The notes: generated from the letters alone by a model not told the origin. A DNA stretch of 64,000 nucleotides from an uncultured Dysgonomonas sp. (GCA_937995835.1 CALKIV010000002.1:813-64812); one strand, 5' to 3'. Shown: positions 18,801 to 26,693, numbered from the stretch's first letter. A program made the numbers and translations.

Positions 18801-19725
18801 AACTGAGCTTGTAGAGGGCTACCTCAACAATATGGGAGCGATCTATGGCGATGACGAAAATTGGGGAGCTTTTCAGAAAGGTTTATTAGCCTCTGCTCTT
18901 GCCGAGACGGATGTCATCATTCAGCCTAGACAGAGCAATACATGGGGCCCAATTTCGCTCGATCACGTATTTGAATTTACTGGTGCGATGTCGCTTGCTG
19001 TAACACATATTACAGGCAAAGAACCTGATGCGCTGATGGCAGACTACAGAAATAGGAATAATAAGCGAATGCAAAACTTAAAGGAAGCAATAGCTGTGGA
19101 ATCGAGAGCAACGATCCTGAACCCGACCTTTGTAGAAGAGCGCATGAAAGGCGATGCTACAACGGCTCAACAGTTTGGAAAAATATTCCGTAATATCTAC
19201 GGATGGCAAGTGATGCGTCCTTCGTCTTTGGATAAGGAAATGTACAACGATCTTTATGACATGTATATTGCCGACAAACACAATTTGAATATTCATAAAT
19301 ATTTTGATGAGGTAAATCCTGCTGCTTTGCAAACAATCACCTCTGTGATGCTGGAAAGTGCACGCAAAGGATACTGGAAAGCGTCTCCTGAACAGCTAGA
19401 ACAAACCTTAGTACTACACACGAACAACATTAGGCAACATGGGGCAGCATGCACCGAAGTGGTCTGCGACAATCAAAAATTGCAAGGCTTCATCAGTAAA
19501 AATTTGTCGTCAGAAAAGAATGCTGAATATAAAAAGGGCATGAGCAAAGCCTTAGAAGGTGGACAAGAGGTGCAAGATGGTGTTGTCCTCAAGAAAGAGA
19601 CGAGCTATGGAGCAGATCAACCTTTGGAAGAGAATAAAAATACAATCATCATTGTAGCTGTTGTTTTACTTGCATTTTTGGGGCTCTTGGTGATGCTACG
19701 CAAAAAGAGAAAAAATCAGAAGTAA
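15805..19725 (+). CDS. CobN/magnesium-chelatase large-subunit family protein, HmuS-like, with a TM helix at each end
   Basis: 1306 aa with a CobN-type core (HFGTHGNLEYTPGK, NPNVLPTGRNMYS). N-terminal TM LVIACSALLLIVACFFGY and C-terminal TM IIIVAVVLLAFLGLLVML followed by RKKRKNQK. Confidence 0.85.
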   Translation: MSRKLVIACSALLLIVACFFGYKYWFAPTHILFLNVPNAQAADITLNNDSKHIKITCLATDEAESLDGYDAIAVFGRGLHLTEEQQAALEKIAEKGTPILTISSNAALSPLNFNLTGAERVHLLQYFNNPNLTNYRNALRALRQIATPQRIPKEEFDEPIELPNNHYYHREYGQYFETKEELTNYLKNKGLYHEDGKNIAFISGVNFPMEGNRAHVDTLIYRLTNEGFNVYPIASPQGRSEMIKDLLPDAVVYYPMGRLGNDEFINWLHTESIPLFCPFPLIQSTEEWLDPMNPVSGGVLNGRILVPEIDGAMTPLAIATQNPHPSGYYLYTVEEERMNNFIQHVKKYLGLSQKANSEKKVAICYFRSPGKDALLASGMEVIPSLYNFLKLLQSQGYSLSGLPTTLEAFKKRINTDGLILGSYAKGAQEDFLKNANPVWLSSKEYERWAKAILAPHKYQEVIDKYGEAPGELLVKEDESGEKKIAFACLQFGNVILFPQPRPALGDDDFKLVHGMPVAPPHSYLAPYLYVHKGFGADAIIHFGTHGNLEYTPGKNVALSKNDWAEVLVNDLPHFYFYTTGNVGEGIIAKRRTHAVLVTHLTPPYVESGMRQRYSAILDNIHHLLHTGNSNKVLALQTKKDVMKLGLHRDLELDSIPDNPFSIKELEKVDLFMEEIANEKTMGAFYTMGEAYSARDLLTTTLAVSADPLAYTLAKQDRDAGKITTEQLQNFAYIAHHYLPTAKKRLTTLLQSPNKNINTVDSLLQDALRYRELLTLSTANEFKAILQGLNGGNIFPAPGGDPVLNPNVLPTGRNMYSINVETTPTKRSWEEGKRLAESSIEIYKEKHGTLPRKVNYTFWAGEFINSEGATVAQALYMLGVEPVRDSQGRIVDIKLISSEELGRSRINVVVQVSGQLRDIAGSRLKLITEAVRLASSATDDIYPNFVSSGTLLQEKDLIDQGVPPLKAREMSVMRVFGPVNSGYSTGMIAYTDNSGKWDSETELVEGYLNNMGAIYGDDENWGAFQKGLLASALAETDVIIQPRQSNTWGPISLDHVFEFTGAMSLAVTHITGKEPDALMADYRNRNNKRMQNLKEAIAVESRATILNPTFVEERMKGDATTAQQFGKIFRNIYGWQVMRPSSLDKEMYNDLYDMYIADKHNLNIHKYFDEVNPAALQTITSVMLESARKGYWKASPEQLEQTLVLHTNNIRQHGAACTEVVCDNQKLQGFISKNLSSEKNAEYKKGMSKALEGGQEVQDGVVLKKETSYGADQPLEENKNTIIIVAVVLLAFLGLLVMLRKKRKNQK

Positions 19726-19734
19726 GCCAGAGGT

Positions 19735-20427
19735 ATGGAACTAATCATTCAGATATTAATGGCATTCATCTTCATTGGCTGTTGTCTCAGGCTCAGCTTC
19801 TGGAAGCTCTGGAAAAGCATGATATTCAGTGCCGTATGTGCTGTATTCATTCTTTGGAGCTATCAATATGCTGTTATGCAGTCTAAGACTCAACTTGCTG
19901 ATTATCTAAACAATGGCAAGATGATGCAAAATATGGCTGTGCTGATCACCATCGAATCGGTAATTTGCATCTCCTTTTGCTTTGCTTCATTGAGACAAGC
20001 AATAAGGAAATCTAAAAATAAATATCTGAGCCTTTTGAACTGGTATCCAGGTATTCTTATTTTCCCTGTGTTGTTCTATGTGATGACGCAATTGATCTTC
20101 AACCTTTCAGGAGTAGACTTTTCGACCATCTCTTATACGCTGGCTTTCATTGCCTTTATCAGTTTGCCTATTTTGGGTCAATTATTAAAATGGCTTTTGG
20201 ACGAAACTGAGTTCAGATTAGAGGTTTATTTTTTGGTTTGCCTCTTCATTTGCATCCTCGGACTTGTCTCCACCGTTAGTGGAGAAGTGGTCTATGCAGC
20301 AGTAGAACAGCCACTCCACCTTAAAGCCTACCTGATGGCTTTTGGCGTTTTTGCACTTGCCTTTGGTGTAGGATGCCTTTGGAATAAATATAAATGGATA
20401 ATAAAAACAAAGAAAAATAAATTTTAA
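19735..20427 (+). CDS. Polytopic membrane protein, HmuT-like (about 6 TM helices)
   Basis: 230 aa and very hydrophobic. Its position and size match the gene that follows hmuS in hmu loci. Confidence 0.55.
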   Translation: MELIIQILMAFIFIGCCLRLSFWKLWKSMIFSAVCAVFILWSYQYAVMQSKTQLADYLNNGKMMQNMAVLITIESVICISFCFASLRQAIRKSKNKYLSLLNWYPGILIFPVLFYVMTQLIFNLSGVDFSTISYTLAFIAFISLPILGQLLKWLLDETEFRLEVYFLVCLFICILGLVSTVSGEVVYAAVEQPLHLKAYLMAFGVFALAFGVGCLWNKYKWIIKTKKNKF

Positions 20428-21033
20428 ATGGAAGTTATATCTAAAGTCTTATTTTGGGTAGCTAACAGCTTGCTGATCCCCGATATCATTCTTCTGCTGT
20501 TGCTCTTCGGACGTTCATTGATCTTAATCGGTAGTTTCTATAACCAATTTATGGTGAAAAGAAAAAACGATAAGCTAATGGGAAATACTATACAAAATCT
20601 AAATGACACCTCTGTGGCAGATCTGCACAAGCAACTGCCTGAAAAAGACAATTCATTAATAATAAAATACCTCAGAGAGATCGTAGGCTCACCACAAAAT
20701 GAGACCTCGATTGATTTTCATATCACGAACTTTGAGATCGAAGCCGAAAAGGATCTTTCCTTATCCAAAATGCTTGCCAAATTAGGCCCAGTCTTAGGAC
20801 TGATAGGCACATTGATAGCAATGAGTCCTGCCCTCGTAGGCTTGTCCACTGGCGACATTTCGGGCATGGCATACAACATGCAAGTGGTATTTGCGACTAC
20901 AGTTGTAGGATTAGTGATCAGTGCTATTGGCTTGTTCACCTTACAAGTGAAACAGCGATGGTATGCGAAGGATGTCAACAACCTTGATTTTGTATCTAGA
21001 CTATTAATCGAAAATAAAAAGAGCAATGAGTAG
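20428..21033 (+). CDS. MotA/TolQ/ExbB proton-channel family protein (HmuU-like)
   Basis: N-terminal TM helix plus the C-terminal motif LGPVLGLIGTLIAMSP, typical of ExbB/TolQ. Its start abuts the previous stop (TAAATG). Confidence 0.75.
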   Translation: MEVISKVLFWVANSLLIPDIILLLLLFGRSLILIGSFYNQFMVKRKNDKLMGNTIQNLNDTSVADLHKQLPEKDNSLIIKYLREIVGSPQNETSIDFHITNFEIEAEKDLSLSKMLAKLGPVLGLIGTLIAMSPALVGLSTGDISGMAYNMQVVFATTVVGLVISAIGLFTLQVKQRWYAKDVNNLDFVSRLLIENKKSNE

Positions 21034-21364
21034 ACAACGAAGAAGAGTGTCCAGACTGATGAAAGACGACGATAGCGATCCTCTAGCAGTAGTTGTCAAC
21101 CTGTTTGATGTGGCTATGGTGTTTGCCGTAGCCTTGATGGTAGCCATGGTGATGCATATGAATATGACAGAAGTTTTTACGCAAGAAGATTATACGATTG
21201 TGAAAAATCCGGGGAAAGAGAATATGGAAATCATCCAAAAAGAGGGAAACAAGATAAATAAATATACACCCTCACAGGAGCAATCGCAAGGAAAACAAAA
21301 GGGACGGAAAGTTGGGATTGCCTACGAATTAGAGAATGGCGAAATTATTTATGTTCCTGAATGA
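21026..21364 (+). CDS. Small single-TM protein, DUF2149-like (HmuV-like; possible ExbD-type partner)
   Basis: 112 aa. A basic N-terminus is followed by the TM helix AVVVNLFDVAMVFAVALMVAMVM. It overlaps the ExbB-like gene by 8 nt. Confidence 0.55.
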   Translation: MSRQRRRVSRLMKDDDSDPLAVVVNLFDVAMVFAVALMVAMVMHMNMTEVFTQEDYTIVKNPGKENMEIIQKEGNKINKYTPSQEQSQGKQKGRKVGIAYELENGEIIYVPE

Positions 21365-21447
21365 TATTCTTTTAGAGGATTAACAAAATAAACCACTACC
21401 AAAAACAGACACTCCCTATACAATTAATCATCACATGTTAAATCAAT

Positions 21448-21480
21448 AAAAAAAGCCACTTATACTATGCATAAGTGGCT
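21448..21480 (-). terminator. Intrinsic terminator after tRNA-Lys
   Basis: Perfect 10-bp stem AGCCACTTAT/ATAAGTGGCT with a 7-nt loop, followed on the minus strand by a T-run. Confidence 0.7.
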
Positions 21481-21485
21481 TTCTG

Positions 21486-21558
21486 TGACCCCGGAGGGAT
21501 TCGAACCCTCGACCCATTGATTAAGAGTCAATTGCTCTACCAACTGAGCTACGGAGTC
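21486..21558 (-). tRNA. tRNA-Lys (anticodon CTT)
   Basis: The reverse complement folds as a cloverleaf: acceptor GACTCCG/CGGGGTC, D arm GCTC-AGTTGGTA-GAGC, anticodon arm ATTGA-CTCTTAA-TCAAT, T arm GAGGG-TTCGAAT-CCCTC, discriminator A. 73 nt, with no encoded CCA. Confidence 0.95.
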
Positions 21559-21572
21559 TGACTTTGGTGTCA

Positions 21573-21580
21573 CAAAGGTA
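21573..21580 (-). promoter_or_regulatory. -7 promoter motif TACCTTTG for tRNA-Lys
   Basis: Exact TAnnTTTG on the minus strand, about 15 nt upstream of the mature tRNA 5' end. Confidence 0.4.
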
Positions 21581-21647
21581 ATATATACAATTTTAAATGA
21601 GCCAACTTTTTTAAGAAAAAAATATTTTTTTTTTACTCTAGTCCTAA

Positions 21648-21980
21648 TTATGATATTGGATCCCAAAAAATATTTTTCCAATTCTTTATTCTATCATTTT
21701 CTACGTCAACACCTTCCTCCTTCAACAACTCTTCCATCCGACTTGATGTTTCAAACGCTGCTCTACCTGAAAGTAGCCCTTGACTATTCACCACTCGATG
21801 TGCAGGTAAACCCTCTGCTGTGCTGTTTGCTAATACTCTCCCCACCATTCGAGAGAGATTAGGATAACCGATGGCACGAGCAATAGCTCCATAGCTTGTT
21901 GCCCTACCATAGGGAATCAATCTGACTACTTGAAAAACCAACTCCCTAAATTCCAAAGCATCGGGTTTCCCCTTTAACAT
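21648..21980 (-). CDS. Alkyltransferase-like (ATL) protein: MGMT-family DNA-binding domain without the acceptor cysteine
   Basis: 110 aa. LIPYGRATSYGAIARAIGYPNLSRMVGRVL...LPAHRVVNSQG aligns with the MGMT/YbaZ helix-turn-helix and active-site loop, but reads PAHR instead of PCHR. Confidence 0.8.
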   Translation of the reverse strand: MLKGKPDALEFRELVFQVVRLIPYGRATSYGAIARAIGYPNLSRMVGRVLANSTAEGLPAHRVVNSQGLLSGRAAFETSSRMEELLKEEGVDVENDRIKNWKNIFWDPIS

Positions 21981-23185
21981 GTTTCTTTTTTATGACGAAG
22001 ATTTGGTAAAAACACGGCTACCAATCCGAGCAAAGGCATATATGCACAAAGTGAATAAACAAACTGTATACCATGTTTATCAGCTACCCAACCAAGAATA
22101 GCCGCAGCAATACCTGCGATTCCAAAAGCTAGACCAAAAAATAGTCCAGAGATCAATCCCAACTTAGACGGTAACAGCTCTTGTGCGTACACAATGATTG
22201 CTGAAAAAGCAGATGCTAAAATGACTCCGATGAAGAAACTAAAGACAGCTGTCCACATCAAGTCAAGGTGTGGCATCATCAGTGAGAATGGAGCTGTTCC
22301 TAAAATAGAAACCCAAATAACATACTTGCGACCTACCCTATCTCCTATTGGTCCTCCAACAAGTGTCCCCAAAGCAATGGCAAACAGAAATAAGAAGAGG
22401 AAAAGCTGTGATTGTTGGGTGGTTACATGAAATTTATCTATCAAATAGAAGGTGTAGAAATTGGTCAAACTGGAAAGATAAACATATTTAGAAAACAGTA
22501 ATACCAACAACACCCCCAAAGCACACAATGTTCTATTTCGACTTAACGGATTAGGAGCGAATTGCTTCAGTGGTTTATTTTCTGTTCTCACCACATCAAG
22601 TTTTCCCTTATACCATTTATATATTGGACTGATTAGTAATATTGCAACAAAGGCAAGGAATGAAAATATGATGATATAACTCTGACCAAATGGTGTAATA
22701 ATTAGAGCTGCCAAGAGGGGCCCTAACGAACCTCCTAAATTTCCTCCAACCTGAAAGATGGCCTGAGCCAAACCATGTTTTCCTCCTGATGCCAAATGTG
22801 TCAATCTGGATGCCTCAGGGTGGATAATGGAAGATCCCATTCCCGTAAATGATACAGCAATCAGAATAACATAAATACTCTTAGCGTAGGCTAAAAAGAT
22901 CAAGCCTACCATCACAAAGAGGATCCCCACCATCAGATAATATGGACGAGGACGTTTGTCGAAATACATTCCTACCAAAGGTTGAAAAATGGAGGAAAAT
23001 ATCTGATATACTAAAGCAATCAGTCCCACTTGTGCCAGACTAATAGCTAGTTTTTCTTCAAATACTGGATACAATGCCGGAACTACCGACTGAAATAAAT
23101 CGTTGGAGAAGTGGGCTAAGCTCAATGTAAATAAGATGCCCATGGCGGTCTTTTCGCCACCTATTGTTTTTTCTTTTTCACTCAT
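21974..23185 (-). CDS. MFS transporter
   Basis: About 12 TM helices. The listed ORF starts at a TTG (23194) that lies inside the promoter motif, so ATG 23185 (MSEKEKTIGG) is more plausible. Its stop overlaps the ATL start (ATGTTAA). Confidence 0.8.
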   Translation of the reverse strand: MSEKEKTIGGEKTAMGILFTLSLAHFSNDLFQSVVPALYPVFEEKLAISLAQVGLIALVYQIFSSIFQPLVGMYFDKRPRPYYLMVGILFVMVGLIFLAYAKSIYVILIAVSFTGMGSSIIHPEASRLTHLASGGKHGLAQAIFQVGGNLGGSLGPLLAALIITPFGQSYIIIFSFLAFVAILLISPIYKWYKGKLDVVRTENKPLKQFAPNPLSRNRTLCALGVLLVLLFSKYVYLSSLTNFYTFYLIDKFHVTTQQSQLFLFLFLFAIALGTLVGGPIGDRVGRKYVIWVSILGTAPFSLMMPHLDLMWTAVFSFFIGVILASAFSAIIVYAQELLPSKLGLISGLFFGLAFGIAGIAAAILGWVADKHGIQFVYSLCAYMPLLGLVAVFLPNLRHKKETC

Positions 23186-23191
23186 GGGGTG

Positions 23192-23199
23192 CAAAGATA
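23192..23199 (-). promoter_or_regulatory. -7 promoter motif TATCTTTG immediately upstream of the MFS ATG
   Basis: Exact TAnnTTTG on the minus strand. The motif G is only 6 nt from the ATG at 23185. Confidence 0.4.
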
Positions 23200-23333
23200 A
23201 ATAAATCTCTCAAGATAATCGAATCTATACCTGTATAGGAATTATTTATCCTAATTGGAGTTAATCCCCAAAAAGATTTTGTACTTTCATCCTTCTAGGC
23301 TAAATTATTTAATCAAAAAAAACAAATTATAAA

Positions 23334-24164
23334 ATGTTGAATATAGGATGTCATCTTTCTCTATCCAAAGGCTTTGAGGCAATGGGCAAAGATGCAATGA
23401 AGATAGGAGCAAACACATTTCAGTTTTTCACGCGTAATCCTAGAGGAGGAAATGCGAGAGAATTAGACCACAAGGACATTGCCGGACTTAACAAACTCGT
23501 GGAGGATAACAAGTTCGCTCCCCTGTTGGCACATGCTCCCTACACACTCAATCTTTGTTCGTCCAATCCTGCCACACGCAAGTTTGCCAAAGAAATGATG
23601 GCTGACGATCTTAGTCGTCTAGCTCAACTACCATGCCATTTATATAATTTTCATCCGGGAAGTCACACCCAACAAGGCACTGAGGTTGGCATCCAACAGA
23701 TCGTAGAGGCACTCAACGAGGTGATAACGGAAGATCAAAAAACAATTATGCTATTGGAAACGATGGCCGGAAAAGGTAGCGAAGTAGGACGAAAATTCGA
23801 AGAATTGGCAGCTATTATAGATGGTGTAAAACTTAAAGACAAGATGGGTGTTTGTCTAGATACATGCCACATCTTCGAAGGGGGATATGACATTGTCAGC
23901 GACCTTGAAGCTGTGATTGAGCATTTCGACGAAGTTGTTGGTCTCGACAGACTGCACGCGATCCACCTCAACGACAGCAAAAATCCATTAGGAGCTAGAA
24001 AAGACAGACACGAAAAAATAGGTGAAGGCACGATTGGGCTAGACACCATCAAGGCTGTAATCAATCATCCTAAACTAAAGCATCTTCCATTTTTCCTCGA
24101 AACTCCAAACGAATTGGAAGGCTATCAAACTGAAATAGAACTTCTTCGAAAACTATATTCATAA
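23334..24164 (+). CDS. nfo: Deoxyribonuclease IV (endonuclease IV)
   Basis: 276 aa. The N-terminus IGCHLS...[15 protein letters not shown] and the His/Asp/Glu metal ligands (HAPY, FHPGSH, DTCH, IHLNDS) are typical of Nfo. Confidence 0.9.
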   Translation: MLNIGCHLSLSKGFEAMGKDAMKIGANTFQFFTRNPRGGNARELDHKDIAGLNKLVEDNKFAPLLAHAPYTLNLCSSNPATRKFAKEMMADDLSRLAQLPCHLYNFHPGSHTQQGTEVGIQQIVEALNEVITEDQKTIMLLETMAGKGSEVGRKFEELAAIIDGVKLKDKMGVCLDTCHIFEGGYDIVSDLEAVIEHFDEVVGLDRLHAIHLNDSKNPLGARKDRHEKIGEGTIGLDTIKAVINHPKLKHLPFFLETPNELEGYQTEIELLRKLYS

Positions 24165-24214
24165 GAATACTTATAGTTTTCTTTTAAGACTTTTTACAAA
24201 ACTAGATGGTTTTG

Positions 24215-24222
24215 TATATTTG
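24215..24222 (+). promoter_or_regulatory. -7 promoter motif TATATTTG upstream of panE
   Basis: Exact TAnnTTTG 25 nt before the ATG. Confidence 0.4.
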
Positions 24223-24246
24223 TCCGATCAAAAAAAATAATAGAAA

Positions 24247-25158
24247 ATGAAATATGGCATTATAGGCACAGGCGCTCTAGGAGGATACTTCGGTGGACGT
24301 CTGGCTAGAATAGGCAAGGATGTACATTTCTTATTACATTCCGACTATGATCACGTAAAAGCAAACGGACTTAAAGTGGATTCGGTGAAAGGCGACTTCA
24401 TCATCAATTCCATCAACGCTTACAAATCCACTAAGGATATGCCCAAATGTGATGTAATCTTGGTGTGCCTCAAAACAACAAACAATCATTTACTTCCTGA
24501 ACTTCTACACCCCATCTTGCACGATGAAACAATCGTGATACTTGTGCAAAATGGACTAGGAGCCGAAGAGGATTTAGAAGCTATGATGCCCGATCTGAAG
24601 ATTGCCGGTGCACTGGCTTTTATCTGTGCCCGAAAACTGGGAGCTGGACACATCGAACACATGGACGAGGGAAATTTAAGTTTAGGAGCACATTCCAAGA
24701 TCAACAAACTGAAATTGATAGAAATCGCTGACGACATGAATGAGGCTGACATCGATACCGAGATTGTTGACCTCAACACCGCCCGATGGAAAAAACTTCT
24801 TTGGAATATACCTTTCAATGGACTTAGCGTCGTGATGAACACCTCTACCGATCAACTATTGGCAAACAAACATACCAAACAGCTGATCTATGACATGATG
24901 CAAGAAGTGATATTGGCTGCTACGAGTTGTGGTGCATTACTTTTGCCCAAACTTGCTGACCAAATCATCTCCTCCACCGAAGCAATGGTTCCCTACTCTC
25001 CTAGCATGAAGGTAGACTTTGAAAACAAGCGTCAGCTCGAACTTCTCTATATCTACACAAAGCCAATAGCCAGAGCAATATTGCAAGGCGTAGAAATGCC
25101 TCGTGTATCTATGCTTTCTAAACAATTGTTTTTCATCGAATCACAGTATCGAAAATAA
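24247..25158 (+). CDS. panE: 2-dehydropantoate 2-reductase
   Basis: Rossmann motif IIGTGALGGYFGGRLA, an ApbA/PanE-like body, 303 aa. Confidence 0.8.
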   Translation: MKYGIIGTGALGGYFGGRLARIGKDVHFLLHSDYDHVKANGLKVDSVKGDFIINSINAYKSTKDMPKCDVILVCLKTTNNHLLPELLHPILHDETIVILVQNGLGAEEDLEAMMPDLKIAGALAFICARKLGAGHIEHMDEGNLSLGAHSKINKLKLIEIADDMNEADIDTEIVDLNTARWKKLLWNIPFNGLSVVMNTSTDQLLANKHTKQLIYDMMQEVILAATSCGALLLPKLADQIISSTEAMVPYSPSMKVDFENKRQLELLYIYTKPIARAILQGVEMPRVSMLSKQLFFIESQYRK

Positions 25159-26612
25159 TGAAGCAATATACGATCATTGAACTGAATAATATCATTCCAC
25201 GCACCGAGGAGCTCCAATTTCGTCAGCCCATTAACTGGCATATCAAGACTGGTCAACACTGGGCTGTAATAGGATCTAACGGCGCCGGAAAATCTCTTTT
25301 GATCGACATTCTTTTACAGAAGCATGCCCTCCATCATAGTTGTAAAATCCTTTGTAGAGATGCTGAAGGAAACGAAGCATCCGTCCGAGAGGTAGTCAAG
25401 AGTATAGCCTTCAAGGATATATATAGCATCATGGATACACAAGACAGCTATTATCAACAACGATGGAACAAGGGAGTGGAGTCACAAACCACCAAAGTGA
25501 AAGATTTGGTAGAAAAACAGTCTTTTGACTATTTTCATCAGTTAGTTGAAGCTTTTGGCATACACGATTTGGTGGAAAAAGAAATATATCTTCTCTCTAG
25601 TGGCGAACTAAGAAAATTTCTGATCGTCAGAGCACTTCTCACCAAACCACAAATTTTGATTTTAGACAATCCATATATCGGCTTAGATGTGGAGTCTAGA
25701 GCCACACTCAATGGCTTACTAAAGTCTTTAGCTAAATATAACAAACAACAAATCATACTGATACTACCCGATATATCAGAAATCCCTGATTTTATTACTC
25801 ACATCTTGCCTGTCAAAGACAGAGTGGTAGGCGAACCTTTTGCTAAAGATTTGCTACCTGAAAAGGCAAAACATATTTTTGAACAAAAGAAAATTGTTGA
25901 TGTTAATCCTTTAAGGGGATTATATTCGCAAGATCAGCAAGATTGCGCAGATAAAGTTGTTGAGCTAAAAGACATTCAGATTAAATATGGCAGTCGAACC
26001 ATTCTTAAAGATCTTAATTGGACTATCCAGAAAGGAGAAAAATGGGCACTACTAGGCCCAAATGGAGCAGGCAAATCTACACTCTTGAGCCTAGTGTGTG
26101 GAGATAATCCTCAGGCTTATGCCAATGACATCACACTCTTTGAAAAGAAGAGAGGAACAGGCGAAAGCATCTGGGACATTAAGAAAAACATAGGATATAT
26201 TTCTCCGGAAATGCACCTATATTATATGAAGAATGTAAAATGTGTAGATGTAGTAGGTTCAGGTTTTTTCGACACAGTGGGGCTCTATCGAAAATGTAGT
26301 GCAGAACAGACAGCTATCGCCCTCGAATGGATGAAGGCTTTGGACATCGATCATCTCAAAGATGTATCATTCTTAAAAGTATCCACAGGTGAGCAACGCA
26401 TCATTCTCTTAGCTCGGGTTTTGGTCAAAAATCCTAGTTTGATGATTCTTGATGAACCTATGCATGGTTTAGATGTAGCAAACAAAGAGAAAGTAAAAAA
26501 GATAATTGAAGACTTTTGCGGGAAAGATAAAACGCTGATTTATGTAACTCACTACCTCAACGAAATTCCCGATATTATTGATCAAAAAATGAAATTACAG
26601 AAAATATCATAA
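25158..26612 (+). CDS. ABC-type ATPase with two nucleotide-binding domains and no TM domain (ModF-like)
   Basis: NBD1 has GSNGAGKS, LSSGELRKFLIVRAL and ILILDNP. NBD2 has GPNGAGKST, VSTGEQRIILLARVL and LMILDEPMHGLD. Its start overlaps the panE stop (TAATG). Confidence 0.8.
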   Translation: MKQYTIIELNNIIPRTEELQFRQPINWHIKTGQHWAVIGSNGAGKSLLIDILLQKHALHHSCKILCRDAEGNEASVREVVKSIAFKDIYSIMDTQDSYYQQRWNKGVESQTTKVKDLVEKQSFDYFHQLVEAFGIHDLVEKEIYLLSSGELRKFLIVRALLTKPQILILDNPYIGLDVESRATLNGLLKSLAKYNKQQIILILPDISEIPDFITHILPVKDRVVGEPFAKDLLPEKAKHIFEQKKIVDVNPLRGLYSQDQQDCADKVVELKDIQIKYGSRTILKDLNWTIQKGEKWALLGPNGAGKSTLLSLVCGDNPQAYANDITLFEKKRGTGESIWDIKKNIGYISPEMHLYYMKNVKCVDVVGSGFFDTVGLYRKCSAEQTAIALEWMKALDIDHLKDVSFLKVSTGEQRIILLARVLVKNPSLMILDEPMHGLDVANKEKVKKIIEDFCGKDKTLIYVTHYLNEIPDIIDQKMKLQKIS

Positions 26613-26693
26613 GTAGTAATCTATAACACTGATCGTTACAATTTAATCAATAAAGATGCAATATAAACACTTATTGCTTCTGAAATATAATTG

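Noticed and set aside
21460-21681. 73-aa ORF on the minus strand
   Set aside because: It reads straight through the tRNA-Lys gene and its promoter and terminator. The tRNA cloverleaf explains the sequence.
21365-23333. tRNA-Lys as the integration site of a genomic island
   Set aside because: I found no integrase, no mobility genes, and no direct repeat of the tRNA 3' end in the flanks. The neighbouring genes are ordinary chromosomal genes.
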